Assembly: GCA_029858425.1 (NCBI GenBank)
Contig: JAOUFE010000002.1
Location: 1-44,815 of the forward strand
Length of the DNA: 44,815 bases
Direction: 5' to 3'
From: Spirochaetia bacterium
Lineage (GTDB): Bacteria; Spirochaetota; Leptospiria; Turneriellales; JAOUFE01
Shown: positions 1 through 7,923 of the stretch, in pieces
Numbering within the stretch: the first letter of the stretch is position 1
How the letters are laid out: every line of letters starts with the position of its first letter
Position numbers and translations under genes: made by a program
The notes under the pieces: generated by a model
Database searches by the model: none
Told to the model about the DNA's origin: nothing
What the model saw: only the letters and a program-made list of their open reading frames with translations

Positions 1-218
1 AAACTGGCTTTTTGCTGGAAGCCCGCGAGGCGCCCACGCAAGCTGTGCAATATTCTCCATAATTCAAACGGCAAAACTCAATGGCCTGGAACCTTATTGG
101 TACCTCAGATATTTGTTTGAAAAATTATCATCTGCAAATACAGAACAATTGAAAACAGTTGCACCCCATCGTATTGAATTAACCGCTTTTAAAAAAAGTG
201 GCGAAAATTGACGCTTAC
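1..218 (+). mobile_element. Right-hand end of an IS66-family insertion sequence (element continues beyond the left window edge)
   Basis: It contains the transposase C-terminus (nt 2-211). Immediately after the stop, ...GACGCTTAC (212-218) is the reverse complement of GTAAGCG. From memory, IS66-family terminal inverted repeats usually begin with GTAA(GCG). Confidence 0.7.
2..211 (+). CDS. IS66-family transposase (TnpC), C-terminal fragment, 5'-truncated by the window edge
   Basis: Frame 2 reads NWLFAGSPRGAHASCAIFSIIQTAKLNGLEPYWYLRYLFEKLSSANTEQLKTVAPHRIELTAFKKSGEN*. The (K)NWLFAGS...GA...SLI.TAK.NGL.P..YL block is the conserved IS66 TnpC C-terminus. It is absent from the supplied ORF track because it has no start codon in the window. 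Confidence 0.8.
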   Translation, partial: NWLFAGSPRGAHASCAIFSIIQTAKLNGLEPYWYLRYLFEKLSSANTEQLKTVAPHRIELTAFKKSGEN

Positions 219-385
219 AATGAATCAATTACTTTAAATGCCTCGTCGCGTCTTTGTTGAAAATTAGCTTCCATTGAATCTTCAATCAAAATAATTATTT
301 CTGCGCTTTTGCCTTTAAATTGCTCCAGGCCGTCAATATGGATATCGTTCGATTGAATTTTCTTATGTACTTTTATTGCATTCAT
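215..385 (-). CDS. Small hypothetical ORF (56 aa), probably the 5' remnant of a gene cut by the IS66 insertion
   Basis: My own translation: MNAIKVHKKIQSNDIHIDGLEQFKGKSAEIIILIEDSMEANFQQRRDEAFKVIDSL*. Its stop codon TAA (215-217) lies inside the IS terminal GTAA. It is too short for the ORF track and I recognise no family. Confidence 0.3.
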   Translation of the reverse strand: MNAIKVHKKIQSNDIHIDGLEQFKGKSAEIIILIEDSMEANFQQRRDEAFKVIDSL

Positions 386-452
386 ACATCCCCTTTGACA
401 TACCGCAATGTCGTTGTCAATTCGTTATGGATACACCTTTATGGATACACCT

Positions 453-1388
453 TCAATGCACATACCCCGACTGGTTTTTAAAATTCGCGCTGGCAGCCGC
501 CTCAACGCCAGAGGACTGCCCAACGCTGCTTTTGGCATTGACAAAAGTAGCCGAGGTCGCGCCCCCGCTGCCGGCATTTACAGATTCCTGAAGCATTCCA
601 TACAAAGGGCTGTAATGAATGGTACTGGTCAAGTGCGGTATGGCGAAAACTTCGGGCGATAGCGTTTCGCCGCCGCTGTTGATCGCGCTAACCTTGTAAT
701 AGTAAGCCGTTCCATTAATCACCAGCGGGCCGCTGTGAACAAACGGCGATGTCTTGTTCGAAAGTTTGTTGGAATTAATGGTGATGCCGGTTATGGCGTC
801 CCAGTAAATATTGTACGCCGTTGCGCCGCTCACCGGACTCCATGAAATCGTCACCTGGGAATCGCCCGGCGAGGCGCTTGCATTGGTGGGCGCTCCCGGA
901 GCTGCCGTGCTGGGCGTTGCCCCGCTGATTCCCGAGGGCGCGCTTTCGCCCATGGCGTTTACCGCCGTTACCAGGTAGTAATACGCCGCTCCGTTAATGA
1001 GTCCGCTGTGGGTATACGGAAGGCTAACGCCGCTTATTTTATTGCCCGTGGCGGTGGTCAACCCCACGCCGTTTCCCCAGTAAATGTTGTAAGAATCCGC
1101 ATCGGTGACGGGACTCCACGAAATGGTAACCCGGGCATCCGAAGGCGCGGCGGCAATTCCAGCGGGCGCAGCGGGTATCAAAAGCGGCGTATCGCGCCCG
1201 GCAATGTGATCTGCGCGGCGTTTTATATCGGTGTAAAGATCGCAGCCTGAAATAAATAAAAATAACAGCAGCAGGGAACGGATATGTCCGATCCCTGCTG
1301 CGAGAAATTTTTGTAAGGAACGGTCTCGACAGTTCCCTGAGGTGATCTGTGTATTACGGGTACTGATTTTAAAAAATAATTCGCTCAT
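453..1388 (-). CDS. Lipoprotein with two fibronectin type III-like repeats
   Basis: 311-aa ORF with a lipobox-like LLLLFLFISGC. It has two internal repeats of the form P..(A/V)....G(D)..VTISW(S)PV..A.(S/A)YNIYW...(L/I)....N.......P(Y/F).H(S)G(L/P).NG.AYYY.V.A.N..GE(S/T). The codon composition is clearly GC-richer than its neighbours. Confidence 0.7.
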   Translation of the reverse strand: MSELFFKISTRNTQITSGNCRDRSLQKFLAAGIGHIRSLLLLFLFISGCDLYTDIKRRADHIAGRDTPLLIPAAPAGIAAAPSDARVTISWSPVTDADSYNIYWGNGVGLTTATGNKISGVSLPYTHSGLINGAAYYYLVTAVNAMGESAPSGISGATPSTAAPGAPTNASASPGDSQVTISWSPVSGATAYNIYWDAITGITINSNKLSNKTSPFVHSGPLVINGTAYYYKVSAINSGGETLSPEVFAIPHLTSTIHYSPLYGMLQESVNAGSGGATSATFVNAKSSVGQSSGVEAAASANFKNQSGYVH

Positions 1389-1408
1389 ATTTTATTTCCC
1401 CTGTTTCG

Positions 1409-2395
1409 CTAAAAATCTTTGTGAAATTCCAGGCGAATATAGTAACCGGCATTGCCCTGAAGATATTCCGGCGCGGTCAGCGCCACAACCTGCCCCAGGT
1501 TCTGGTGTAAAGCGAGCCTTTCATAACCCTTGCCGTAAATCAGCGTATCTGCTATGGAAACTGCATACACCGATACCAGGGCTATGAGCGCATAGCCGCG
1601 CATTTTCGATGAAAAATTTGCGGCGGCATATTTACCTTCCAGTCCGCTGGTTGCGTTTTGATAATCCTTGAGTTTGTTGCCATAGTCGATAAAAAAATAC
1701 GTCATGGCGCCGGCAGATGCCCCCCAGAATCCCATGTAAACCCAGCCGCGCGGCTGGGCTGCGTACACATGTCCCAGACCCGGCAGCAGCGCATTGCGCC
1801 AGATCATGCCGCCCTGCGTAACCGAGGTGTCGTGAATCATCTTCGTTACCACTTTTTGCTCCACCGGCGGCAGTTTGTCTTTCATGGCAAAACTCATTTC
1901 TTCGGCCAGTTTCGAGATAGAATCAAACATGTAGCTGTCCAGCGGCACAGACTTTGTGCGCGCTAAAATAATGCGCCCGCCGGGAATTTCCACGGCCTTG
2001 GCAAAAATCTGCATGTGATCGCTCAATGCGGCAAAACTGCCAATAACCACCACATCGACTTCGAGCTTTTTTCCGCCCCTCGTAGCCGTATCTTCGCGAG
2101 CGGCGTCTTCTTTTTTAAATTCTCCGCCCTCGGTGAGTTTTTTCCATTCAGAGCGCGGCAAAAGTTCAAAGTTTCTGGTTTTATCGAGCGGCTCAAGAAA
2201 GGCGTCGGCGATGGTATCTTCGAGGTATGCATAATCGGCGGCTTTCTGGCTGTTGACAAAGTCAAATATGACGACGCGCCGTTTGACCAACAGCGGCTTT
2301 TTAGTTTCATTGGCCGCAACATGCGATACTGCCAGTAGAAATACAACGATCCAGGCCAGGCCGCCGTATAGGGATTTAAAGTTGAGTTTTTTCAT
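1409..2395 (-). CDS. Secreted/membrane protein of unknown function
   Basis: 328-aa ORF. It has an N-terminal signal peptide (LAWIVVFLLAVSHVAANE), a soluble domain (VVIFDFVN...YLEDTIADAFLEPL) and C-terminal hydrophobic segments (LLPGLGHVY..., GWVYMGFWGASAGAMTYFF). It is GC-rich like the preceding gene. Confidence 0.55.
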   Translation of the reverse strand: MKKLNFKSLYGGLAWIVVFLLAVSHVAANETKKPLLVKRRVVIFDFVNSQKAADYAYLEDTIADAFLEPLDKTRNFELLPRSEWKKLTEGGEFKKEDAAREDTATRGGKKLEVDVVVIGSFAALSDHMQIFAKAVEIPGGRIILARTKSVPLDSYMFDSISKLAEEMSFAMKDKLPPVEQKVVTKMIHDTSVTQGGMIWRNALLPGLGHVYAAQPRGWVYMGFWGASAGAMTYFFIDYGNKLKDYQNATSGLEGKYAAANFSSKMRGYALIALVSVYAVSIADTLIYGKGYERLALHQNLGQVVALTAPEYLQGNAGYYIRLEFHKDF

Positions 2396-2543
2396 ATAAT
2401 TTTAAGAATGAATAACGTATTAGCGACTAAAGGCGATAAAGTCAAGATTTTTTTTAACAAACACTTTGCGAAATTATCATTATTAACTTGACAATCTGTG
2501 TTTTTTAAAAGTTTTGTCGGTTACTCAATTCCGGAGGGATAAA

Positions 2544-2831
2544 TTGCCAAATATACAATCAGCCAAAAAAAGAATGCGTCAAAACGTAAAAAAGCGCGTT
2601 CAAAACAGAAATAAAAAGTCATCTATCAGAACATTCGAAAAAAAAATCAGAAAATTTACGCTTGAAAAAAATATCGAAAAAGCAAAAGAAGTGCTAAGCG
2701 GTTATTTCTCGCTGCTGGATAAAGCGGCAAAAACAAACCTGATTCATAAAAATGCCGCCAGCAGAAAAAAATCCCGACTGACAAAGCTGGTAAAAAAGAA
2801 TGAAGCGGGTACCCAAACTCCGGCCGAATAA
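2544..2831 (+). CDS. rpsT: 30S ribosomal protein S20
   Basis: (M)PNIQSAKKRMRQNVKKRVQNRNKKSSIRT... is the canonical S20 N-terminus. A TTG start at 2544 is preceded by GGAGGG. The track ORF start at 2514 would add a non-homologous leader. Confidence 0.9.
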   Translation: MPNIQSAKKRMRQNVKKRVQNRNKKSSIRTFEKKIRKFTLEKNIEKAKEVLSGYFSLLDKAAKTNLIHKNAASRKKSRLTKLVKKNEAGTQTPAE

Positions 2832-2838
2832 AAATACC

Positions 2839-2912
2839 GGGCGATTAGCTCAGTTGGTTAGAGCGCCTGCCTTACAAGCAGGAAGTCACAAGTTCGAATC
2901 TTGTATCGCCCA
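2839..2912 (+). tRNA. tRNA-Val (anticodon TAC); 3' CCA not encoded
   Basis: Hand-folded cloverleaf: acceptor GGGCGAT/ATCGCCC, D arm GCTC-AGTTGGTTA-GAGC, anticodon arm CCTGC-CTTACAA-GCAGG, T arm ACAAG-TTCGAAT-CTTGT, discriminator A. Confidence 0.9.
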
Positions 2913-2920
2913 AATTTACA

Positions 2921-3739
2921 TTAATCGACATAAACAAACCTTTTTTTCTGTTCTTCCGTAAGTCGGCGATTTAAAACGGACTGCATATATCTTGGGCTGT
3001 ATCGGCGCGACAAATGTACAAGAACGACCTTTTCATTCTTGAATAAATTTGCCTCTGATATAATCTCGTCCAGATGGGTGTGACCCCATTTGCGGGCTCT
3101 TTCCACATTGCGTTTCTCGTCAATATAGGTGCATTCCATAAAAAGCACGGCGGCGTTCCTCATCAGCTCATTTTCCCGGATAATTTCAATGGTAGAATCA
3201 CCGGAATAAGCAAATATGGGAATTTCTACAATTTCAAAAATATCTTCGTGCTCTTTCAGACGCGCGATCTGCCGGCCAGACAGGTGCAAATATTGCTTTT
3301 TTAGTTTTTTTGTTGTTTTTAAAATTACATAGCCAAAAGCGCTCACTCTGTGGTTGGCTCTGACAGACATTACATGAAGATCTTTTTTTATTTCAATTTT
3401 ATCGCCGACTTCAATTCCGGCAACATCACACTTGTAGTCAAACTCTTCGATATCCTGCCAAAGTCGGGTAATTTTGGATAAAGGTTTTTGTACTGATTTG
3501 GGGACATAAATGGTGCCCGGGTTTAGTTTTCGCAGGGAACGCTGGCTGAAATAATAGGAAATTCCAGACGCATGATCCAGATGCCCATGAGATAAAAAAA
3601 CAACAGGTATATCAATCAGGGCATCGGGGCATTTGCCTGTGTCAAAGGCAACTTTAAAATCAGGTAAGATATAGCACGATTCAATGCCTCCGGTACTTTC
3701 AAATTCTACCCGGATATTTTTGTGTGTAAAGGATTTCAT
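2921..3739 (-). CDS. MBL-fold metallo-hydrolase (RNase Z/ElaC-like)
   Basis: 272-aa ORF with the HxHxDH motif (FLSHGHLDHASG) and later His/Asp residues typical of the metallo-beta-lactamase fold. It overlaps the upstream folK-panB stop by 4 nt. Confidence 0.6.
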   Translation of the reverse strand: MKSFTHKNIRVEFESTGGIESCYILPDFKVAFDTGKCPDALIDIPVVFLSHGHLDHASGISYYFSQRSLRKLNPGTIYVPKSVQKPLSKITRLWQDIEEFDYKCDVAGIEVGDKIEIKKDLHVMSVRANHRVSAFGYVILKTTKKLKKQYLHLSGRQIARLKEHEDIFEIVEIPIFAYSGDSTIEIIRENELMRNAAVLFMECTYIDEKRNVERARKWGHTHLDEIISEANLFKNEKVVLVHLSRRYSPRYMQSVLNRRLTEEQKKRFVYVD

Positions 3740-4989
3740 TCACCCTTGTAAAATTCTTCCCCGGAAGGGTAATTTTTTTGCCGGACATCCCCGGAAAAAT
3801 TTTCAATGGCATTGAAGATCTCTTTATAACCATCCATATACTTTCTGACGAATCTGGCTGAAAAATCAGCGTCAAGTCCAAGCAGATCGTTAATGACCAG
3901 AACCTGACCATCTACTTCCGGGCCGGCTCCAATTCCGATAACCGGAATTTCAAGCGCCGCAGCAAGATCCTCGCCAAGCCCGTATGGAATCATTTCAACA
4001 ACAAGCGCAAAAATTCCGGCGTCCTGCATTTGAATGGCCTCCTGGATCAGTTTGTCCCGGTCATCCGGATTTTTGGCCTGTAGTCTATAACCGCCGGTTT
4101 TCAGAACAGACTGGGGCATAAGTCCAAGATGACCCATGACAGGAATTCCGGCTCGAATAATTTTTCTGATTACATCCATGAACTCGATTCCACCCTCAAG
4201 CTTTACGGCGCTGGCTCCTGTCTCGCGTATGAGTCGACCGGCATTGGCAACGGCCTGTTCCTCGCTGGTGTGATAACTTAAAAAAGGCATATCCATGATA
4301 ATAAATTTATCGGGCGCTCCTTTTTTTACAGCGCGGCCATGATAAACCATGTCGTCCATGGTGACACACAGGGTATTTTCTCCCCCTTGAAAGACATTGC
4401 CAAGCGAATCGCCCACGAGAAGTACGTCGAGCGAAGTTCGCGCCATGACTTTGGCTATGGTAAAATCGTATGCGGTCAACATGACTATTTTTTCAGATGC
4501 TTTTTTTTTGGCTTTGAAATCAGAAATGGTTTTAATTGGTTGAGTATTCATATTTTTATAGTATATAGCCTGTTCATGATTTTGCGGTAAAAGCTCGGCC
4601 AATATTTTTCTTACCCAGCTTCGCGCATTATTCCAGATATGAGGAATTTCCAGATTCTGGCTGCGGTATTCTCCGGCAGACCACCATACAATGTCAATGT
4701 CAATTTCACGGGGACCGTAGCGGTACGACCTGGATCTTCCTGTTTCAATTTCAGTTTTCTGGACAATTTCCAGCAAATCAGCGGGACTCAAATCCGATTG
4801 CAGCAGCACGCCCACGTTGATAAAGTCTGGTTGCGTTTTCACCATTTCCGGACTGGTAGCGCAGGCATCGGTAGTGCGGATAACCGTCAGACCTTTTTGC
4901 TCAAGGCGTTTTATGGCAGCGCGAATATTTTCCGGTTTGTCGCCAAGATTGCTGCCGAGAACAAGAATGTACAGATGTTGAAATTTCAT
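3736..4989 (-). CDS. Bifunctional HPPK (FolK) / 3-methyl-2-oxobutanoate hydroxymethyltransferase (PanB) fusion
   Basis: N-terminal ~140 aa: LVLGSNLGDK...QPDFINVGV...GRSRSYRYGPREIDIDIV...LEIPH (HPPK pattern). C-terminal ~265 aa: KIVMLTAYDF...LLVGDSLGNV...MDDMVYHGRAV...IMDMPFLSY...AVKLEGG...GIPVMGHLGLMPQS (PanB pattern). It is one uninterrupted 417-aa ORF. Confidence 0.85.
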   Translation of the reverse strand: MKFQHLYILVLGSNLGDKPENIRAAIKRLEQKGLTVIRTTDACATSPEMVKTQPDFINVGVLLQSDLSPADLLEIVQKTEIETGRSRSYRYGPREIDIDIVWWSAGEYRSQNLEIPHIWNNARSWVRKILAELLPQNHEQAIYYKNMNTQPIKTISDFKAKKKASEKIVMLTAYDFTIAKVMARTSLDVLLVGDSLGNVFQGGENTLCVTMDDMVYHGRAVKKGAPDKFIIMDMPFLSYHTSEEQAVANAGRLIRETGASAVKLEGGIEFMDVIRKIIRAGIPVMGHLGLMPQSVLKTGGYRLQAKNPDDRDKLIQEAIQMQDAGIFALVVEMIPYGLGEDLAAALEIPVIGIGAGPEVDGQVLVINDLLGLDADFSARFVRKYMDGYKEIFNAIENFSGDVRQKNYPSGEEFYKGE

Positions 4990-4998
4990 GAGTCATTT

Positions 4999-5688
4999 TT
5001 ACTTCTGACTTTGCGAGCCGAGGAAGTCGGCTACTGTTTTTTCTTTATCCTTTACGCTGGCAATATGTTTTGCAATTATTTTGTCGTAATCAATTTCTCC
5101 GGTTTGAATGTCAAAGCGGATAGACTCCATGGGCTGCAAATCCAGATCAAATTTATAGGCGCCTGCTTTTTGGGCATATTCGCGAGCTTTTTTCCAGTAG
5201 GGCAATGCCTGTTGATAAAATCCCCCGGCGGCGGAAAACGAGACCTTGAGATCGTCGGCAAAATCCAGGTTGTAAAAATATAAATGCCGTTTGTCGTAAA
5301 GAGCGCCAAGACTCAGGTAAGAGCGCATAATCATAAGGTTCAGGTGCATAAACATGAGCAGCCGGTATTTATGGTATTGCTCCCTGGTCTCAATTTTGCA
5401 TAGCGCCTGCGAAGGATGCCTGAAGCGCCGCTCCAGAGCCGTGTTTAGGAAATAAATATTTCGTCGTATTTCGGGCTCTCCGTAGAGCATTTTCAATCCG
5501 TACATAAGAAAAAAATCTTCAACGGTCTGCGGATGCCACTGGTGCAGTTGCTTGGGAAGCCAGTCTGAAAACTTTGTGTACATATCCGACTGGTCATAAT
5601 AATAATCCAGGCGGAGTTCCGCAAACAGAGAGTTGGAAAGCGCGGCAAAAACAGAGATGGCCGCAATGTAGACCTTTATTTTTTTCAT
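4999..5688 (-). CDS. Hypothetical secreted protein
   Basis: 229-aa ORF with a signal peptide (VYIAAISVFAALSNSLFA). It lies 10 nt upstream of folK-panB on the same strand. I recognise no family. Confidence 0.55.
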   Translation of the reverse strand: MKKIKVYIAAISVFAALSNSLFAELRLDYYYDQSDMYTKFSDWLPKQLHQWHPQTVEDFFLMYGLKMLYGEPEIRRNIYFLNTALERRFRHPSQALCKIETREQYHKYRLLMFMHLNLMIMRSYLSLGALYDKRHLYFYNLDFADDLKVSFSAAGGFYQQALPYWKKAREYAQKAGAYKFDLDLQPMESIRFDIQTGEIDYDKIIAKHIASVKDKEKTVADFLGSQSQK

Positions 5689-5796
5689 TGCTTAAGGTAT
5701 TATCGAACATTCTCCAGGGTTCTTGCACAAAATAAAGGGGGATGGAAAGAATAATTCTATAAATGATGAATGCTGAATTTTAAATCAAATTTTTCA

Positions 5797-5876
5797 ATTA
5801 GCGTGTTTTTGGGCGCAAAGCGCCCAAAAACACGCATTTTACCGAATTCTGACGTGAATATCGAAGTTCTTGCCCA
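5797..5876. repeat. Palindromic intergenic repeat, copy A (central hairpin plus one arm; other arm degenerate)
   Basis: GCGTGTTTTTGGGCGC-AAA-GCGCCCAAAAACACGC (5801-5835) is followed by the arm ATTTTACCGAATTCTGACGTGAATATCGAAGTTCTTGCCC. That arm is the reverse complement of the left arm of copy H. Confidence 0.75.
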
Positions 5877-5963
5877 GACCCTTAGAGCTTCATATTCCCA
5901 CCAATTTGCAAAAAATTCTTTTGCACAGAGAATGCTGTTATTTTTATGACAAAGAAATAATTT

Positions 5964-6611
5964 ATGAGCGGTCTTGATCCCGTACTAATGCTTAAAACTT
6001 TACCGGCCGTAATTATCGGTCTGACGGTGCATGAATTCTCGCATGCATGGATGGCTTTTAAATTGGGCGATAAAACTGCCAATGATATGGGGCGACTTTC
6101 TTTTAATCCCCTGAAACATATTGACCCCCTGGGTTTCCTTTTTATTTTAATTGCTGGATTTGGATGGGCAAAGCCTGTCATGTTTAATCCGGAAAACCTG
6201 AAGCACAAGCATAGCGGCGAAATCCTGATTTCCCTGGCCGGCCCGGTTTCAAATCTTATTCTGGGAATACTTTGTTTTGTTATTGTCCGGGGTCTTTATG
6301 GAGTTGATTTTTTCCAGACAACCAACATTGGCCAGGGTACAGTCAACATTGTATTTATTGCAGGCATAATAAATTTTGGTCTTTTTATTTTTAATTTAAT
6401 TCCATTGCCACCTCTGGATGGATCCCATGTATATTTGACTTTTTTAAAAGTAAAAAATCCTGCTGTATTTAATTTGTTCTATAAATATGGTACAATGGCT
6501 TTATTTATTATTATTATCATTGAAAATCAAACAAAAATAACCTTGCTTCCTGTCCAACCGGCAATAAATTTTATTGTTAATTTACTGCTAAAATTATTGG
6601 ATTTTAATTAG
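5964..6611 (+). CDS. Site-2 protease family (peptidase M50) membrane metalloprotease
   Basis: HExxH motif in a TM helix (VHEFSHAWMA), a second motif NLIPLPPLDGSHV, and a multi-pass hydrophobic profile. Confidence 0.8.
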   Translation: MSGLDPVLMLKTLPAVIIGLTVHEFSHAWMAFKLGDKTANDMGRLSFNPLKHIDPLGFLFILIAGFGWAKPVMFNPENLKHKHSGEILISLAGPVSNLILGILCFVIVRGLYGVDFFQTTNIGQGTVNIVFIAGIINFGLFIFNLIPLPPLDGSHVYLTFLKVKNPAVFNLFYKYGTMALFIIIIIENQTKITLLPVQPAINFIVNLLLKLLDFN

Positions 6612-6618
6612 CATAAAA

Positions 6619-7080
6619 ATGAAAAAATCCATTAAAAAAATTCAACATAGAAGAAATATTTCGCGAGAACATGTAGATAAAAAACTTCGAAGACGGATTA
6701 CAATGTTTATTGTAATTGTTTCCTCCATTTTGAGCGTTGCAGTATACAACATTGCAATGAATAAAATTACTCCCCTGCCAAGCCTGCTTGGATTATGCGC
6801 GGGTACAATAATTGGTCTTGTGGCAGGACGCATGTTTAAAATGTCCTGGGATGAAGAAACGGAAAAAGTTGTTTCGCGTCTTGACAGGATTGGCGTGATT
6901 TTTCTCGTTTTATATATCGCTATTGAAATTGGCAGAAAATGGGTATTTGGTTACTGGATGCACGGCGCCAAATTAAATGCCTTCGGACTTATTTTCCTCG
7001 GTGGACTACTTTTGGGTAGATTACTTACAATGATGAAGAATATTAAAAAAGTCTTGATCCAGGAAGAAAAGCTGATTTAA
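6619..7080 (+). CDS. Hypothetical membrane protein
   Basis: 153-aa ORF with about four hydrophobic helices. It starts 8 nt after the M50 gene. Confidence 0.5.
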   Translation: MKKSIKKIQHRRNISREHVDKKLRRRITMFIVIVSSILSVAVYNIAMNKITPLPSLLGLCAGTIIGLVAGRMFKMSWDEETEKVVSRLDRIGVIFLVLYIAIEIGRKWVFGYWMHGAKLNAFGLIFLGGLLLGRLLTMMKNIKKVLIQEEKLI

Positions 7081-7127
7081 AATTGTAGCTCCGGAGGGAT
7101 GAGAGTTCGTCTCACCCCCCAAAAAAA

Positions 7128-7652
7128 CTAATTCCTTTTTGTTATCTTAAAAGTTACACGTCGGTTTTTTTCGCTATATGGTTCATCAATCAAGTACTTT
7201 GTTCCTACCCCTTGATATTTTAATTTATCAGAAGATATCCCATTTTTTACAAGTTTATCGTATAGAGTTTTTGCCCGCCCCGTTGATACATCCTGGTTTA
7301 TTTCATCGCTTCCGGATTGATCCGTGTGACCTTCAATCAACAGTACATATCCATCAGGAATTCTGGCGCTCAATTCTTTGAGCACGGGAAGTGATTTTTC
7401 AATCCATTCGGTGTTTGCAAGAGAAGTCTGATTTTTTTTGTAGCCCGTCACTTTTCTCTCGTCCAATTTTTTATTCATGTCTTCAAGCAGAGCTTCCGGA
7501 GAGCCTCCTTCTGATGAGAGAGAAACTTTCTCGGCAGGTTTTGCGGTTTCTACTACCGGTTTTGGTTCTTCTTTTTTTTGTGCTGAACCGCAATTGATTG
7601 TGTACACAGTTAGTACAAGAATCCATAATATGGACGTTTTTTTGAATATCAT
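7128..7652 (-). CDS. OmpA-family (peptidoglycan-associated) lipoprotein
   Basis: Lipobox LTVYTINC. The C-terminal OmpA-like domain reads LLIEGHTDQSGSDEINQDVSTGRAKTLYDKLVKNG...GVG...NRRVTFKI. Confidence 0.8.
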   Translation of the reverse strand: MIFKKTSILWILVLTVYTINCGSAQKKEEPKPVVETAKPAEKVSLSSEGGSPEALLEDMNKKLDERKVTGYKKNQTSLANTEWIEKSLPVLKELSARIPDGYVLLIEGHTDQSGSDEINQDVSTGRAKTLYDKLVKNGISSDKLKYQGVGTKYLIDEPYSEKNRRVTFKITKRN

Positions 7653-7923
7653 TTTTCAATCCTCATATGTTTTTTATTTAGAAATGTATTTATACAATCC
7701 ATTTTACAAAAATACATGTTATTTTTTTGTTTTGGGACAAACCATGAATTTTAACCTGGTTCCGTATTTGCACAAGGATTAAATAATTTCTGGAACAATT
7801 AAATTTTTGTATGATGCGCGTGTAAAGGAATTTTTTATTCATTTTTGTGACATAAAAATTTTATTTCACACGCCTGCTTGCCTGATTTTGTTTTACATGG
7901 CAAGTTTTGCTGCCGCCTTACAG

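Noticed and set aside
376-1250. Plus-strand ORFs (376-591, 408-662, 1008-1250) opposite the FN3 lipoprotein gene.
   Set aside because: This GC-rich region generates long antisense open frames. The minus-strand frame has clear FN3 repeat structure, and these ORFs do not.
453-1388. The two similar FN3 repeats as a diversity-generating retroelement target/template pair.
   Set aside because: The repeats are diverged at all nucleotide types rather than only at adenines. They are in-frame domains of one protein, and no reverse transcriptase is nearby.
4639-5283. A 214-aa plus-strand ORF antisense to folK-panB and the neighbouring gene.
   Set aside because: It spans two well-supported minus-strand genes and their junction. 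I saw no motifs and no RBS.
7508-7535. A CTGATGAG-GAGAGAAACTTTCTC string resembling a hammerhead ribozyme core.
   Set aside because: There is no downstream GAAA/helix III and no cleavage-site context. It lies inside the OmpA-family coding region.
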